A stretch of DNA of 64,000 bases. Source: Camelus dromedarius (lineage: Eukaryota). The stretch spans positions 44,642,001-44,706,000 of the forward strand of contig NC_087437.1 in NCBI RefSeq assembly GCF_036321535.1, read 5' to 3'. Shown in pieces: positions 50,016 to 64,000 of this stretch (positions within the stretch are counted from its first letter, which is position 1; every line of letters starts with the position of its first letter). Made by a program: the position numbers and the translations under genes. The notes under the pieces were generated by a model. The model was not told the DNA's origin. It did not search any database and was given only the letters and a program-made list of their open reading frames with translations.

Positions 50016-52959
50016 GCATATATACATATATTTGGGGGGGGCGGCATCCAGGGCATTGTCTAGGGAATTAGGGCAGATTTTGTCCTTCCTTCTCCAAGTG
50101 CCTCAGTTCTAGGTTTGATCATTAGTCCTCAGTATATCCACAGGGCCTTTATATCAAGAGAATCCCTGGCAAATGTTTTCTCTGACATGCATAGTGGCCC
50201 ATGAAGGCCATGAAGATTAAGCCCCTTTTTGGAAACTACACCACATCTCATCTCATTACTAATTTTCAGAATTAGTTGCATAACATCTTTTTAAATAAAT
50301 TTAAACAGTATCTAAACAACTTGAAGATACATTTTAATAGAAAAGTTTACATAGGAATCTGTATGTAACAGAAAATGTGTCTAATTCAGATATGGTAGGT
50401 CACTTCTTGGCAAGGTAGAGAATGTCTGGAATTCCTAGGATTGTTAGAAACACATGTTTCAAAATTATTTTCTTTATTTCTTTTATTCTTTATCAAGATA
50501 TTCTATCAGATTGGCACCAATTTAACTAGAGTGTTGATAGGCCAAAGGGAGGCAAACACCACTGACATGGAAATGCCAAGAAGAAAAGTGACATGATGAA
50601 ACCAACGTTATTGCCATGGAAAAGGGCATGATGTTTAATAGCATGAATAGCTGATGTATTTGCTTGTCAGAAAAACATCTCTCTTCATGGAAACTCTTTA
50701 ACTTTTGTTGAATTTTATATCAAAGATGTTTCTTTGAACATCTAACATAATTAGTGATTTCTTTTGTTACTTTTTCAAATGAAATTGAGTAAAGATTGTG
50801 GGCAGGCAGAATCTGAATTAGAGAGCAAGTATGAGTTAGTTTAAGGTCCTAGTTTGAATTTGGCTATAATCTAGGAAATGTAGACAAAATGAGGACAAAC
50901 TGGCATTCAATTATTTGATCAATGTGTGTGGAAATGTTAAATATTACTTAGAAATAGTTTCCATGCCAGGTTTACTATTTGCTGTGTGTTTGCACATGCA
51001 CAGGTGTGTATACACACACGTCTAAGTGTAAATAAAATATTCATTAAAAAAATGATTTTCCTTGAATTTGAAACTAAAGTTTCTTACAACACCAGCAAAT
51101 TACAAAGTGATAAAGTAATCATGTTTTATTTTTCTTTCCCATGTTGTAATTTTACTTTCAAACAGATTTTAGAGAAACAGGACCCATTTTGAGATTATTT
51201 TGTGAGATTATTTTGTTTAAGACCACATTCTCCATGTCTGCTGCACTGAATTATATCTTAGTACTGATAAAATGTTGGAAAGGGGTGCAATGAATCAGAA
51301 ATTTTATGACAACTTTTTTTGTACTTAGACCAAATTCTCTGCCAGGACATCTCTTGCTTGAGTGGTGAGAGCTGGAAGACTTAGTCATGTAGAATAACGC
51401 TGCAGTTGGCTATAAGCAGGACTTAGAATGAAGGACCCATCTGAATTGCTGATGACAGTGGCTGCTGGTGTGGGAATAAAATGACTGAGAATTTGAATAT
51501 CCTCATGACCACAGTAGAAGGGGTTAACAGATCAGGTTACTCATCCTAGCATCTAGCAGTAAAATAACAACTCTTATATTTATACCATCCTTGAGGGAGA
51601 ATGAAACATTAGATTTGTTAAGGTGGCTGGATTTTGTAGCTAAGTATTTAACTCTAAAAATTCTGATAAAACTAAGGGTGGAACAAAAAGAGACTACACA
51701 AATATTTAGAAAACATACATTAAGGAAATATTTTGGCATGTTAATTAAGTAATGGTATTACAAAAGTAGTTTTAGGCTGTTTTATCTCAAGGAAGAATGG
51801 CTTATAGTGAGAACAGAATCATGGAAATTGTGCCACATATATTTGTTTACATAGATCGAGTAAGTGAAAATAGTTGAACTGACATAGAGTGATCACAGCC
51901 TGTTTGGAGTTGGAGCTTGTTTTTATTATCCATATCCAAGAAGATTAGAGAAGGGAGAAATAATCCAGCATATACAAGGAAGGCGAAAGTTACCTCAAGT
52001 AACTTTCTGATTTAAAAGAGAAAGCCCTAAATTTGTTGGTGTCTGAAATTTAAAAAGCTGGACAATACTGGAAGGAGCTTTTCATTTCTGGATCACTGAT
52101 CTGAATCCAGCGGACGACATGCCGTCAGGGACCATAAGTCATTACCATAGTGTCTTGTGTGAAATAAAGTAATTCTCATGTTTCTTTTCCAAGAGTAGAA
52201 ATGGCTATGCATACTATGAATTATTAGAAGTAAGAGAGGTATCAAAATTTGTTGAGGTAAAATAATGAAGTTAGATCGAATAAACCAGTCTCTTATTCCT
52301 TTACAGAATCAAATACAACTTTCATTTGCAAAACAGAGCATTGTTCTTTATGAAAGTACTGTAAGAAGATGTGAGAGTCTCTAAATTAGTATACAATGAA
52401 CAACTGTCATTTTTGGCTTTTTTATTTACTCCCTTCTTTTAAGGAAATGGCACCCAGGTTTTGCTGGGGCTGACATCCTGCTCCCTTCTCATCCAGATGG
52501 TGTGGGTGGGCTTGTCCTGACCTTCACCTCGAATGAGGCAGTGAGACTGACTGCCTTTGAGAAAATAGGAGCCTTTACTCTTTCCTTTGAAGCTGCTGGG
52601 AAAGACTGCCTTTCTTTGACTCTTTGCCTTGATGGTGTGTGGTGAAACTGTAACAGTCATTTTACTACTGCAGTAGGGAATCTGGTTATGAGGAGGCAGC
52701 AGAGCGGAGTGTGAGGGTAAGGCCAGAGCATGGAAGAGAGATAGAGATGGATCTGATCCTTGGAGATAGTGTTTAAGCTTCTGGGTCAGTTTTTGCCCAC
52801 TTTTAGACTTTTAGTTAAGGAAGTGGTAGATTCCCTTTATCATTTCTGTTCAAATTTTTTTCTCTCGTTTCAACCATAATTCTCTCTGTGGAAAGTCCTA
52901 TTAAAAGCAGGATGGTAAAAAGAATAAACCCTAAATGTGGCAATAGATTAACTGAAAAT

Positions 52960-53515
52960 GTGTGAGGGAGGATGTTAGAGAGGAAGATCCTTCCTCTGCT
53001 GTTCTAGGTTCTTCTGGCTGGCCTAATAGTTAAATTGACATGAGACAGATTAACATGTGAAAAAAAATTAATTACATACATGTGGGGAATCCACATAACA
53101 TGAAGGATTCTGAAGATAGTCAGGTAAAATGAAGTATATATGTTATCCTGGACTAAGGAGAGGTGGGTAGGTAGGGATCTAGAACTTCAAAGGGAAGGGA
53201 GACAATTTATAGGAAGAAGGAAAGAGCAGATGTTTGGTAAACAGATGTTTGCTGGGCTATGTAGAAACAGTGGGACACAAAGAGAAATTACAGGCTTTGC
53301 TATTTTCCATCTACCACACCTAGTTTATATTACATTGCAGTTATCTATGGTGATAGCTGCCTTCCTGGACCACGTCCTCCATCTCCATTTTTTAGGGCAG
53401 TTAGGAGAAGGGTGAAAGATTCTTCCTGAGTCTTTTGTTTCTTAAAAGTAATCAGCCTAAAATAATCCTCATGCCAAAGAGATGCGTTTTTGGTGGCAAA
53501 TTTCGCTTCCCTAAA
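52960..53515 (-). mobile_element. MER4-group (MER34/MER31-like) ERV1 LTR
   Basis: aaattgacatgagacagattaaca...cagcctaaaataatcctcatgccaaagagatgcgtttttggtggcaaattt is a typical MER4-group terminus. Confidence 0.65.
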
Positions 53516-55563
53516 AGGAAAATGAAGATCGGTCATTCACCACCAAAATAAGGAAGCAGCCCACCCTTATTACATCAGAGCCAAATAGCTGGGTAAACAT
53601 CACTTCATATTTTGGAATTCAAACCAAGACTGCACAGTTAAGATTCTTTGTAGAAAATATTCTAAGTATGTTGGTATATGATGGCCTTCAGAACTTTATT
53701 AGACATAGATAGAAAGTTACTCTGAAAGAACCTTTGAACACAAAAATAAACAGAGGCTCTTTGGAAACAATGTAATTCTTTCCCAGCAGCAAGGCTTAGA
53801 CCAATCTGTCCAAACTCAGAACATCCAGAACTGCCATGGGGACTCCTGAGATGCCACAGTTTTTTCTTCTTTCAAGACGTTGTCCTCAGCCCTTCCATTT
53901 ATTCTAGAAGTTCCAGACAGTGTTCCAATCAATTTCCTTTTGCTGAAATTAACCAGAGTAAATATCTGTTGTTTGTTGCCTAAGAAACCTAATGGATTAA
54001 ACACATTTCACACATTAGTTTTTTCATCAGCTTTTGTTAATATAAATAATTTTTTTTAGTTTAAACATCCACTTACATATACACATTCAAATTAGTGCTT
54101 GTTTTAAAAGAAAATTTATTAACTTTAAAAATTACATATTTTTCTTGCTAGCAGATTATTTTCCCCAAACCATTTTCATCTTATTACTGTGATGATGGTT
54201 ATTTTTTACATCTAAACTCACTTTCTTCTTGTTTTACTTTCAAAGCCTCCACATGACCTCCATGGCTGTTAGAAGCAACCTGATGGTCTATCCAATCCAT
54301 CCCCCCATTTAATGAGGATATTTACAGACCTTGATTCCTAAGGTCTCGGTTAGTGTTTATCTTTGACTTCTGGGCTCAAAAATCATGGCATTTCTACTTG
54401 CCTACCTGGGTAAGGTTCAACACTTTTTGGAGGAAGTACCACCTCTCTGGTGATTATTTTCCTCAATTATTTTCTTGACAAACGAAGCAAAATTGAACAG
54501 GCAAGTGGATTTGCATTTCAGTTCAATAGGGTATCATTTGCTCTGTTAGAACCACGAAGTTATTTAATGCTAGTCCGTTCACAGGAAAAAAGTTGTATTT
54601 GTCTCTGAACATGTTTCTTTAAAGGAATAAGCTTATGTAAAGGGCAATGAACATTTATCAAACACCATGTATCATGTGAATAAGTTGCAGTTTCTGCTCC
54701 AAAGTGGAGGAAATGGGTTGATTTTATTTATTAGAAATGGAAATTCCAAAAAGGGGAACAAAAATGGCCTTTAATTTTAATTTATATGATCTTTCTGAAT
54801 AGAATAAAAGATCACTGTGACTGGATAGTAAAAAGTTCTTCCTCCAATATTGAATTAGCCCTCTTCTCTGTCAAAGGATAAAAGGGGTAACATTTACCAA
54901 GTAGATTCCATTCAGTGGAAACTTTGGAAAGATGGAAAAGAATATTTTTTTTTTCACTCATTATTTTTGGCTCTTCTGTTATTATTGCTGCCTTATTACT
55001 TCTTTGCTCTGTGCTCTTTAGTGACGAATGTAATTCATGTAACATTGATGACTCATTTGAGAAACTGGTCCTTCTTCTCAACTTTAATTTTTTTTTCTCC
55101 TCTAATAATCTGAATGGAGAAATATATGAGACATGTTATTATCCTTTGAATATATTCTTTCATACAGAGAAATACACAGAAGGCCCAGTTCTGTGACATA
55201 ATACTTAGGGTGGGCTGTACTTCACTGTCCATTTATTTCCTTAGATATTTTTTAAATATTTCAAATAGTCTTGAAAGTAAAATAACAAGTTTGTCACCCC
55301 CTATTGCTTTTTAGAGATTCTTAGTAATCAACAACTTAACAAAACAGTCCTTGACCAATAATACTACAAACCACAATTTGATAAATGATTCATTTTAACT
55401 TAGGTGCTTCCTTTTTTTGTATTACCCATACTTAACATGTATAAACATATATGACTATTATATATACATGTATATTAATTTTACATATCCTGAGATAAAA
55501 AACAAAAAGAGTTCATGCAAGTTTTCTACATGAATTTTAAAAATAGTGGTCTGACTGTGGGGC

Positions 55564-55784
55564 CAGAATCGGAAAACTTTCTATACAGGGCCAGATGGTC
55601 AGTGTTTTAGGCTTTGTGGGCCATGTGGCTCTGCCTTGACCACTCTAGGCTGTCAGGAAAACAGCCATAAACAGTAAGAAAGGGATGGGCATGGATGCAT
55701 TAAAAAAACAAAAACAAAAACATGTTATTTACAGAAATAAGTGGTGAGGTATTTGGTTTGCTGACTGTAATTTGCTGACATGTG
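55564..55784. mobile_element. MER58A-like hAT-Charlie MITE
   Basis: aaactttctatacagggccagatggtcagtgttttaggctttgtgggcca...aaaacagccataaaca...tttacagaaataag...taatttgctgacatgtg. Confidence 0.8.
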
Positions 55785-57479
55785 CTTTAGAATGTGAAGA
55801 ATTTTTCCTGAAGGTATCAGTTCACTTGAGAGCAGAAATAATAGCCAAAAAGTTAACACAGAGTTAGTTCTAAGCATAACTTTGAAATTTCTGAAACAGA
55901 AGCCTATCCTTAAATGTAGGAATTCTGGCTTGCCATTACATTCACTAAAGTATGGTCTTCTCCAACCAGGATTTATGCGTGTCTAAAGAAACCGCCACCT
56001 GCTAGTGCTGGACACCAGTTTCTGTGTGATATACTAGGGATTATACAAGCTACCAAAGTCTAACAAGTTTCTGTTGAGAAAATAACTGAAAAGGCTCAGA
56101 AAGAAACAATTATACCCGACAAGTTATTAAAGATGAAAAATAGTCTCTCTCTAATACGCATATAATAATCTACAAAGATGATTGGAGGAAAAATCAAAGC
56201 TATTCTGTAGTCTTTTTCCTTATATCACCTTTACAAAGTGGAAGAGTCTTTAAACTGGAAATAGAACAAATATTATCTCTTACCTAATGAGAATGATACC
56301 AAAAAATGAATAATGCACTTGGAATCTGGAACTTGGTGAATAACAGAACTCTTTTTCATAAATTTCTTTAAACACTTTGAACCTATTAAGCTGCATTTCA
56401 GATCCTGATCCAGAATTTATCTGAATATTTAATATTCAACAAAAAATGGTGATAAGAGAGCTTTTTGTGTTGTATGAGAAGTTGGTAATTTCTAAAAGCT
56501 TCTTTACTTCTAAGTTTTCACCCTCATAAACTGAGAAAATATTACTAATTATATGTCTTTTCATGAGGGTGCAATGGTAAGAGATTCACACTAAAATAAA
56601 CTATATCCAAGTAATGTGAGCTTTGTACAGCAGAATTACTACCAGTAATTGGAAAGAGAAGTTGATGAGCTCTTTGTCAAAATAATATTTATTTTATTTT
56701 GTTTTTTCTCTTAGTGTTTTAGCTATTATGTTCTTTACCACATTAAAATTTATTTTTTCTGTTTTCTGGGAGAAAAAATGACCTATTTATAGAAATCTCT
56801 CACAGAACTAATTTTATCTTCTCTCTCTTCCTCTCTGCTGCACTCCTCCCCTCCCTTCCTGTCTCACACACATAGACACACACACATACTAATAATGAGG
56901 TTTTTAATTGGAAAGATGACGCCTGAGTCATCCCATAGTTGTTAGTTTTATTATTCTAATTTTATTACATGAACTTGCAAAAAAATTTGGAGAGGGACAC
57001 AATTTTCCCCTCTGATTTGGGTGATAGATTTAGACAAAGAAATATTGGGGGAAACTATTGACATTCTATTATGTGGCACTGACAGCTTTATTTTTTATAT
57101 AGAAAGAATATGATGAAATCAAAGTATTGAGAACTATTTTAGTTAGTCTAAATGTATAGAAGTAATCATAAAAGACACCATTAACTCATTTTGCCCTAGA
57201 TAATGAGATGAAATTAAGAATAATAAAATTAAGCCTAATGATGGAGAAAATATTTCCCTATGCCCTTACAAATAAAGCCTTAATTAGTTGAAATTTTTGA
57301 GAATGAAAAGTTCTGGTAATTTAATTTCCTAAGTAATGGAAGGCAAACAGAAAACCCTTTAGTATCATGCCCATTTTGTTGCAGAGTTCCCAAAATGACT
57401 AAGAATTATCTCTGTCTTAGTGAGTATAAATTACTGAAAATAATTTCATTTTGTGGTTCTTGAAGGTCATTTCAGAAAA

Positions 57480-57680
57480 TTCTCTCTCATTTCTCTAAAC
57501 TCATTTTATTGGAAACTCTCACGTGGCATTTATCACAGTCTGCCTTGTGATGTGTACAGTATTTCTTCCACCAGTCTATATAAGTCTCAAGATTAGAAAC
57601 CATGTATTTTTCTTCATTTATCCCCATAACAGATAACACAATACTTCATATGTGATACATGCTTAATAAATATTGAACTA
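57480..57680 (+). mobile_element. L2 3' fragment
   Basis: ccagtctatataagtctcaagattagaaaccatgtatttttcttcatttatcccc...gcttaataaatattgaa. Confidence 0.55.
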
Positions 57681-58129
57681 GATAGTTATGAATTTCAATT
57701 ATGACTTTGAGATACTGTAGATGCGGAAATTGCCTCTTGCTTATAAGAGCATGTCTGAAATAATCATGGTTAAATATAGACCCTGGCTAATCAAAATCTG
57801 ATTTTGGATCTGCTTTATTAAGTCATGACCAAACCATAAATTCTGAGGCAATTAAAGAGCATATCATGGATAGTGTCCAGGAGCCTATAAAAAAAAAATC
57901 ACCTGCCAATCTGCTGTCATGTACCACTCAAGAAGAAAGGAAGGGCTAGTATTTGTTAGTTTATTTATTTTACACAAGAAGTACCTGTTCGACATATGCA
58001 TTAGGAACTCAGACATAATGAAGAAGCTAATTCCACCACCCAAACTGCTATAAAACATTGGTATATAATTTTCTAGACATTTATTAAGACGTGTATATCT
58101 CTTTGTATTTACATTTACATCTCTCTGTA

Positions 58130-58870
58130 ATAATATATTATCTTACCAAGTAGAATTTTTTAGTTTCAAACTATTTAAATTTTTAAAATCTTTACAAATA
58201 CAATTCTAGATGATCATTTTTAATGAGTGAACTGTATTCCAACCTATGGATAGACCGTATATTATTTAACCTATTTCCTTTTTTTGTATAGTTTAATTGT
58301 TGCAAATTTTTATTTTTCATAAACATTCTTATACATAAATGACTGTATACATCATTCCCTCTCCCCAGAGTAAAATTCTTGTGAGTGGAATGGCTAGTCA
58401 GAGCATATGCAGCTATTTAAGACTTTTGATAAATGATATCCATCTAAAAAGAAATAATTTGTAATTTTATCAATAAAATATGAGAGTGTATATTTCCCAA
58501 AACCTTTGATCAAATTGAGTAGCATCCTGTTAATGGTAGGAGGTATCTAATTGTTCTGTGTGCCACTTTTTGATAGTTAATTTGGACTTTCTAAAATTTT
58601 CATTGTTTCTTATTTATATTTTATTTCAGTAAATGTTTTCCCATTTTTCTATTAGTGTATTTGTCTTGTATACTTATATATGTAGCTTATAAAACTTTCA
58701 TCTCTTTTGTATATTATTTTTGTCTCCATTTGAAGTACATACATTTTAAATTTTTATGCATTTGAGCTTTTTCAGTTTTGCCTTTATAAGATTCTGACTG
58801 TAAACCTTTTTCATGGCCCGATGTTTATTTTTCAAATGCATACTTCTAGTTATTTTATGGTTTCACTTAT
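58130..58870 (-). mobile_element. L1ME-like fragment, degraded
   Basis: ctgtattccaacctatggatagaccgtatattatttaacc...gagtggaatggctagtcagagcatatgc...atatgagagtg. Confidence 0.55.
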
Positions 58871-61800
58871 AGAAAACTTGCTATGTTGAATAACAGAATT
58901 ATTTTCCACATTATACAGATTAGCTGTGGACAGGGCACTCTAAGCTCACTGCAATATACGCATCCTTGCAGAGTAAAATTTCCTGTCTGCTGTGCCACGC
59001 CACCTGCTGTGCACGTGGGTCACCTGAATGGCCAGGGAAAGCCTGCGGCTGTCTGTACTTAGAATTCAGTCTGTGAGCAGTCACCAACATTTAGGGCAGT
59101 GATCCAAATATTACCATTTTTCAAATGAGTGCCACGTATATAAGATGGTTAGGAATCACCTTGACTAAAAACTATGACCACAACTATTTGTAAATAAATT
59201 TACTATCAGAAAACCTCAAAACATCATTTTTGAGGTTTTCTGACCTTACCAAGGTTATCCATTGAATGGGTCCCCCATGCAAGCTCATATTTGACCCTTT
59301 GAATAGTTATGCAGTAGTGACAAAGGTACATCAGGTAGCAGGCCTTCATAACTTGTTTAATGCCAGCAGTATAGTAAGGATTTTTCAAAAGAATTTCTAA
59401 GGTAGAATTTTCTTTTGAGCTTTGAGATAAGAAAATGCTGCCTCTTAATGTAGAATAATACTGTTTATCTCTCACAGTTGAACTCTACATCAAAAGTTTT
59501 TCCTTCCACAACTCCTTTTAGTTCAGCATGATTGGCCTCAATTGCCGCTCATTCTTTAGTGTATGGAGTAGTCAATCAGGCAGCTCTGAAATGTGCTAAA
59601 ATGAAGCCCTTGAAGTGGAATTTGTGGCTTTGAGAGACAGGATACTTTTCATCTGTATTCCCACTTTTTATCATTGTCCTTAAAGTGTCTTAGAAAGAAA
59701 AGAAGACATTAAGACATGGGGAGTGTAAAATGCTAATCAGGTGAGATGGTAAATGCCATTCAAAGGGAGAGATGGTCCCCATATAATGGATGATGATTGT
59801 GAATGTCTGATAGTTGTGTCAACATACTAGTGCTTCTGACAGGGAAGGAATATTGTGAGGGAAGCCTGTGTACTGGTTTGTTCAGAATAATACCAGTCAT
59901 TTAAAGAATGGTCACATACATTTAAGCATAAATGTGAATTACAAGAAAAAATATGTGCACATAGTCATACCCAAATGTAAATTATGTACGTTCATCTTCT
60001 TAAATATTTGTGTAGTTATATACATATAAGTATATTGCTGAATAAAATGGTATTACACTACTTCTGAATAATGCCTTTCAGAAGAATTATGGTATGATAA
60101 GAAGACTGTCTAGTCCTCTTTACTTTCATAATTAAGCATCATATTTTCTTCTGTATGACTAAATCTAGAACATATGGGTCTTTCTTTAATTGAAAACATT
60201 CTAGCTCTTTTTACCAGTAAACATGTTGTAGATACGCTTTTGTTTACATGGAAAATAAATTCATGACATATTTTTAAAGTAAAAAATCATTTTCATAAGT
60301 TATTTTGTGTATGTATACGTTAACACATAACTTAAACACATATTTTGAGCTTATATTCATATGAATACATTTATATGTGTACATGTGTAAATGTTAACAG
60401 CTAAGTTTTGTGTGCACTTCAGTGATAACTGTCGGGCTATTGGATTATTGACGGTTCACTTTCTACTTCACACTTTCCTCTACTTTCTGAATTTTGGTAG
60501 TAAAGGTGTTAGTTTTATAATCAGAAATATATAATAAAGTTATTTCTATTTTATTTTAAAAAGCTGCTCTTTCTATAAACCTCATATTTGTATTATTTGG
60601 ATTCAAGTCTTAAAAATAAGACTGAGTAGTCAAAACTCTAATAAAACAGGGGTCATGTAATATAGTCAAAATATAGTCCACCCTTAGGGACATATACTAA
60701 GTGAAACATTAATCTGTGGGTCATGATGACCATTTACTACTCAAGATTATCAAGCTCAATTGCCATATTATACTGGCTCACCAGAAAGCAAGGTAGCTTA
60801 ACCATTTAAATTTTCCCTCCACAGATTTCTTTTTAAAAAAAATTTTAGTTTAACACCATGTCCATGAAAGAAAGCTGCATAACTTAACCAAGAGATGGCA
60901 CAGGATGCTTAACTTGGGTTCCTGTGGCATTTCTCTTACAAAACATGTCTGTGTCTTTTCCCAAGGGCCAATGTATGTAATAGTCACCAGTATAACAAAT
61001 ACAATTGTTCTTCAATCTCCTAGTACAAATTTTGTCAGTATGGTGGCTTTGCATCTTTTATTGGAAGCTCTGTTATAAATTATCACAACTGTCAAGTTAT
61101 TTGTGATATAGAGAGAGAGGCAGACAGATGCACATGCAAACCCAGAATTAAAGCTGTACAATCTATTGAGTTTTCCTCATTTTCCTAGGAACTAGGAAAC
61201 TCAGATATAAATTTTTGTAATAAGGATTAGCATAGATTTCCTGGTATAATTTCTTCGTCTCTCCCTTATCTTTTATATAACATGAAATACTTTTTAAAAG
61301 TATTATGCTAAAAGTATTACATACTTCTTATTGACAAGGTAAAAAATGCATAGAAACTCAAAAAAATTATGACTCCACCACTTTGGAACTTATTCTATTG
61401 TTTAGTTTATATATATATAAAATTTGCTTTTCATAAATCTTCATATACTATATATAGTTTAATAACTTGATTTTTAAATTTATTAAATATTTCCTATTAT
61501 CCATTCATATTCTGTAATTGGTAATTAGTACATATTTTAGAGCATTTAAACCATTTCGATTTTTGCTCTTACTTGTGATAAACATCCTTGGATTTGTGTC
61601 TTTGTGCATATTTCAGCTGATTTCCAGCAATTAGATTGGCAGAGTAACTCTGCCTGTTCATTTTTAGGAATGTGATATATTTTAAGCTTTTAAAATAAGT
61701 TTGTAGCTTTAGAAGATGAAGGAAATTATAAATTTCCCCTATGACTCTAGTTCCTAGAGAATTCCATCAGCTCTGTGGTTACCCACAGGCCAGAGATGAA

Positions 61801-62199
61801 TGAACGGTCAGTTTCTTTATTTCCAGGTATGAGCATTGCCTTGGAGTACAACATAGGTTCAGCATATTCTAACTCCAAGAATCCATACTTTTTCCACCAT
61901 AGAAGAAACACAGGAAGTATGTTCCAAATTGATATTATTGAGAGCAGAAGTGTGAGGCTTGCGCTCTCAGCCATACCCACAAGACAGCGTTTAAGAACTA
62001 GGAACCCTCTGTATGTACCATGGACCTGTCATCTACTGGCCCTAGCTGTCAGAATTCACAGGCCTTCGTACATGTATCTGTGGTTTTTTCTCATCTTGGA
62101 ATTTTTGAGGCCTTTAAGTGTCCTAGATTCTTTTTGGTTGCTGGGCTTTTTCCATGGAGGAGGCTTTTGATGTGCCATGTGTATTAATGCTGAAAATAA

Positions 62200-63780
62200 A
62201 TACCAGGTTTTCCAGAGTCTTTACTTTGTGGAGATTTGCAATACTCCTGAAGTCTTCTGTCCTGCTTCAATCTGAAACAGTTGCACACTAAGGCAGCTGC
62301 ATACTTTCAACCTGGGATTTCGTATTGCTCTTTTCCTGTTTTGGATCCTTTGTATAAGCAAGATTATATCTTTTTCAGTCTTAGTTTATTTCTGTATCTT
62401 GCTGGAGCACATCTAAGAGTAACTTCAAAAGAAAGGCTGCATACATGATACATTTGTTGGATTTGTGAATGTCTAGACATTTTGATTTTGCCCCTACCTG
62501 TGGTTTTTAGTTTGGTTTGGTATACCAACTAGATTGAAAATTATGTTCAGTCAAAATTTTAAAGACATTTCTTCATTACCTTTTGGATTCCAGTGTTGCT
62601 ATTTAGAATACAGTGTCACTCTGTTTTTCTATTAAAAGTAAATTTTTCTTTGGAGATTTTGTAGCATGTTTATTCTTGGTGTTCTTAAGTGTCGCTTCAT
62701 GAGGATACTTCTGCACATAGTGGGTTAAACAATCTGCCCTTTTAGTCGTGTCCTTCATTTCTGGTGAATTTCCTTATAATTTCTCTTTGATTCCTCTCAC
62801 CTATTTCCTTTGTTCTTTTTATCTGAAACTCCTCCTAACTGGCTTTGAGAGACGTAGGTTTTTGCATGACCTCTAATTATATTATTATTTAAATAACATT
62901 TCTTATCTCTCATTTTTAAAAAATCTGATTTCTGGGAGATAACCTCGTGTTATCTTTAAGAACTTCTTTTGAATTTTTCATATTGATTTGCTGACTGTTT
63001 CTTTTTCATGGCATACTCTTTTCTCATGTTTTTTAATCAGATACAGTGTTTTTCTGATTGTTATTTAGTCTTTCTGAAGATTTTGATTAGCTTTTTTGAT
63101 ATTTTCTTCTGCTCTGTGTATTACTTGGGTTTTTTGGGGGGTTTTTTTGTTTGTTTTTTTGTTTTTTTGTTTTTTTTACCATTTTTTTCCCTATTGGCTT
63201 ATGTCAGCCTTTATCATGTTGCAGTTTTTTCTCATGTGTCTGAAAATTTTTATTAGTCATTCAAACTTAAGATAAAGACTCACCCAACTTTGTACTGTTC
63301 CTGGTGTCTGTGGGTGCCAAGTCATTACACTGTCTCATTCCTCCAGAGAACAAGCATCCAGGCTTTTGCCTGAATGATGGGAGCCTGGATGTCAACATTT
63401 TCTGTTTGAAGAGAGACTGAGAGTAACAAGAGCGATGACTTTCCCTGTGTAGACTATTCCCATGTCTGCACTCAGGCTCACCCTCAGCCTGTGCTGGACT
63501 GGGGCCTTCAGGTCCAGAATTTTCCCAGGTGTCTGCTTGGTACATTGAATGTCTTTGCTTGTACCCTCTCTACACACACTTTATTGTCATTTCTTTCCCT
63601 CAGTTAAATCATTCACTACTCATTTCCCTATTTTCTATCTCTTCTGTTAATATCTTCTCTTTTATCTCTGTGTCTTTGAAATTTCTTTATAGTTTTTTTC
63701 TTTTCTTTTTCTTTTACTTATGTCTCAGGAGAGGGAAGTGATTCACACATGTGTTTAATCTGCCATGTTTTCGCTGAAAA
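62200..63780 (-). mobile_element. Ancient L1ME/HAL1-like 5'/ORF1 region
   Basis: T-rich degraded sequence (gattccagtgttgctatt...) ending tgtgtttaatctgccatgttttcgctgaa. Confidence 0.5.
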
Positions 63781-64000
63781 TGGTTCTGTTACTTCCAGTC
63801 CCCGAAATTTGTCATTCAGTGTACTGGTAACTGGTCCTAGATACTGCATCCTCCAATTATATGTTTTATTTATGACTCATCGACTTCTCTCTCTAAATGA
63901 CTTAACCTAATCCATCCCTTTATTTAAGTGATATGTACTGTGATAGAGCAAAATAAGTTTGACACCAGTGTCTAAAAGCCTCTGCCATAGTATTATTACA

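Larger units (their letters stand above)
1..64000 (+). other. NAALADL2: Window lies inside the NAALADL2 transcription unit; complete introns 3897-21959, 22053-25261 and 25468-29220, plus partial flanking introns
   Basis: All four exons are internal (no start or stop) and introns are GT-AG. I recognised no further NAALADL2 exon after 29340, consistent with a very long following intron. Confidence 0.85.

Noticed and set aside
54915..55196. Hydrophobic, membrane-protein-like ORF (also 14495-14710, 63008-63256)
   Set aside because: Phe/Leu/Ile richness follows from T-rich intronic or antisense-L1 composition.
61775..62170. Longest ORF in the track (131 aa)
   Set aside because: GTG start, no recognisable homology, and no match to the expected next NAALADL2 exon; compatible with chance.
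1..64000. Prokaryotic-type systems (CRISPR array, operon, defence island) and structural RNA genes
   Set aside because: The sequence is mammalian intron/exon DNA. I saw no regularly spaced repeat-spacer array and no recognisable tRNA, rRNA or snRNA.

Overview
AT-rich mammalian genomic DNA, not prokaryotic, lying inside one large + strand gene that I identify as NAALADL2 (inactive M28 peptidase, GCPII/PSMA family). Four internal coding exons are visible: 3753-3896 (144 nt), 21960-22052 (93 nt), 25262-25467 (206 nt) and 29221-29340 (120 nt). All have AG/GT boundaries and splice into one open frame; they probably correspond to human exons 6-9. The rest is intron, rich in L1 fragments of several ages, L2, MIR, LTRs, hAT DNA-transposon relics and microsatellites. 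Artiodactyl-type L1 3' ends with no recognisable young SINEs suggest a camelid, which is an inference. I found no convincing novel biological system. The best leads are the remodelled His-rich pseudo-active site, an inverted L1 pair bracketing three exons (possible circRNA or dsRNA), an intact antisense solo LTR between exons, and several small insertion or template-switch signatures. Repeat family names come from recalled consensus sequences, and their boundaries are approximate unless a TSD is given.
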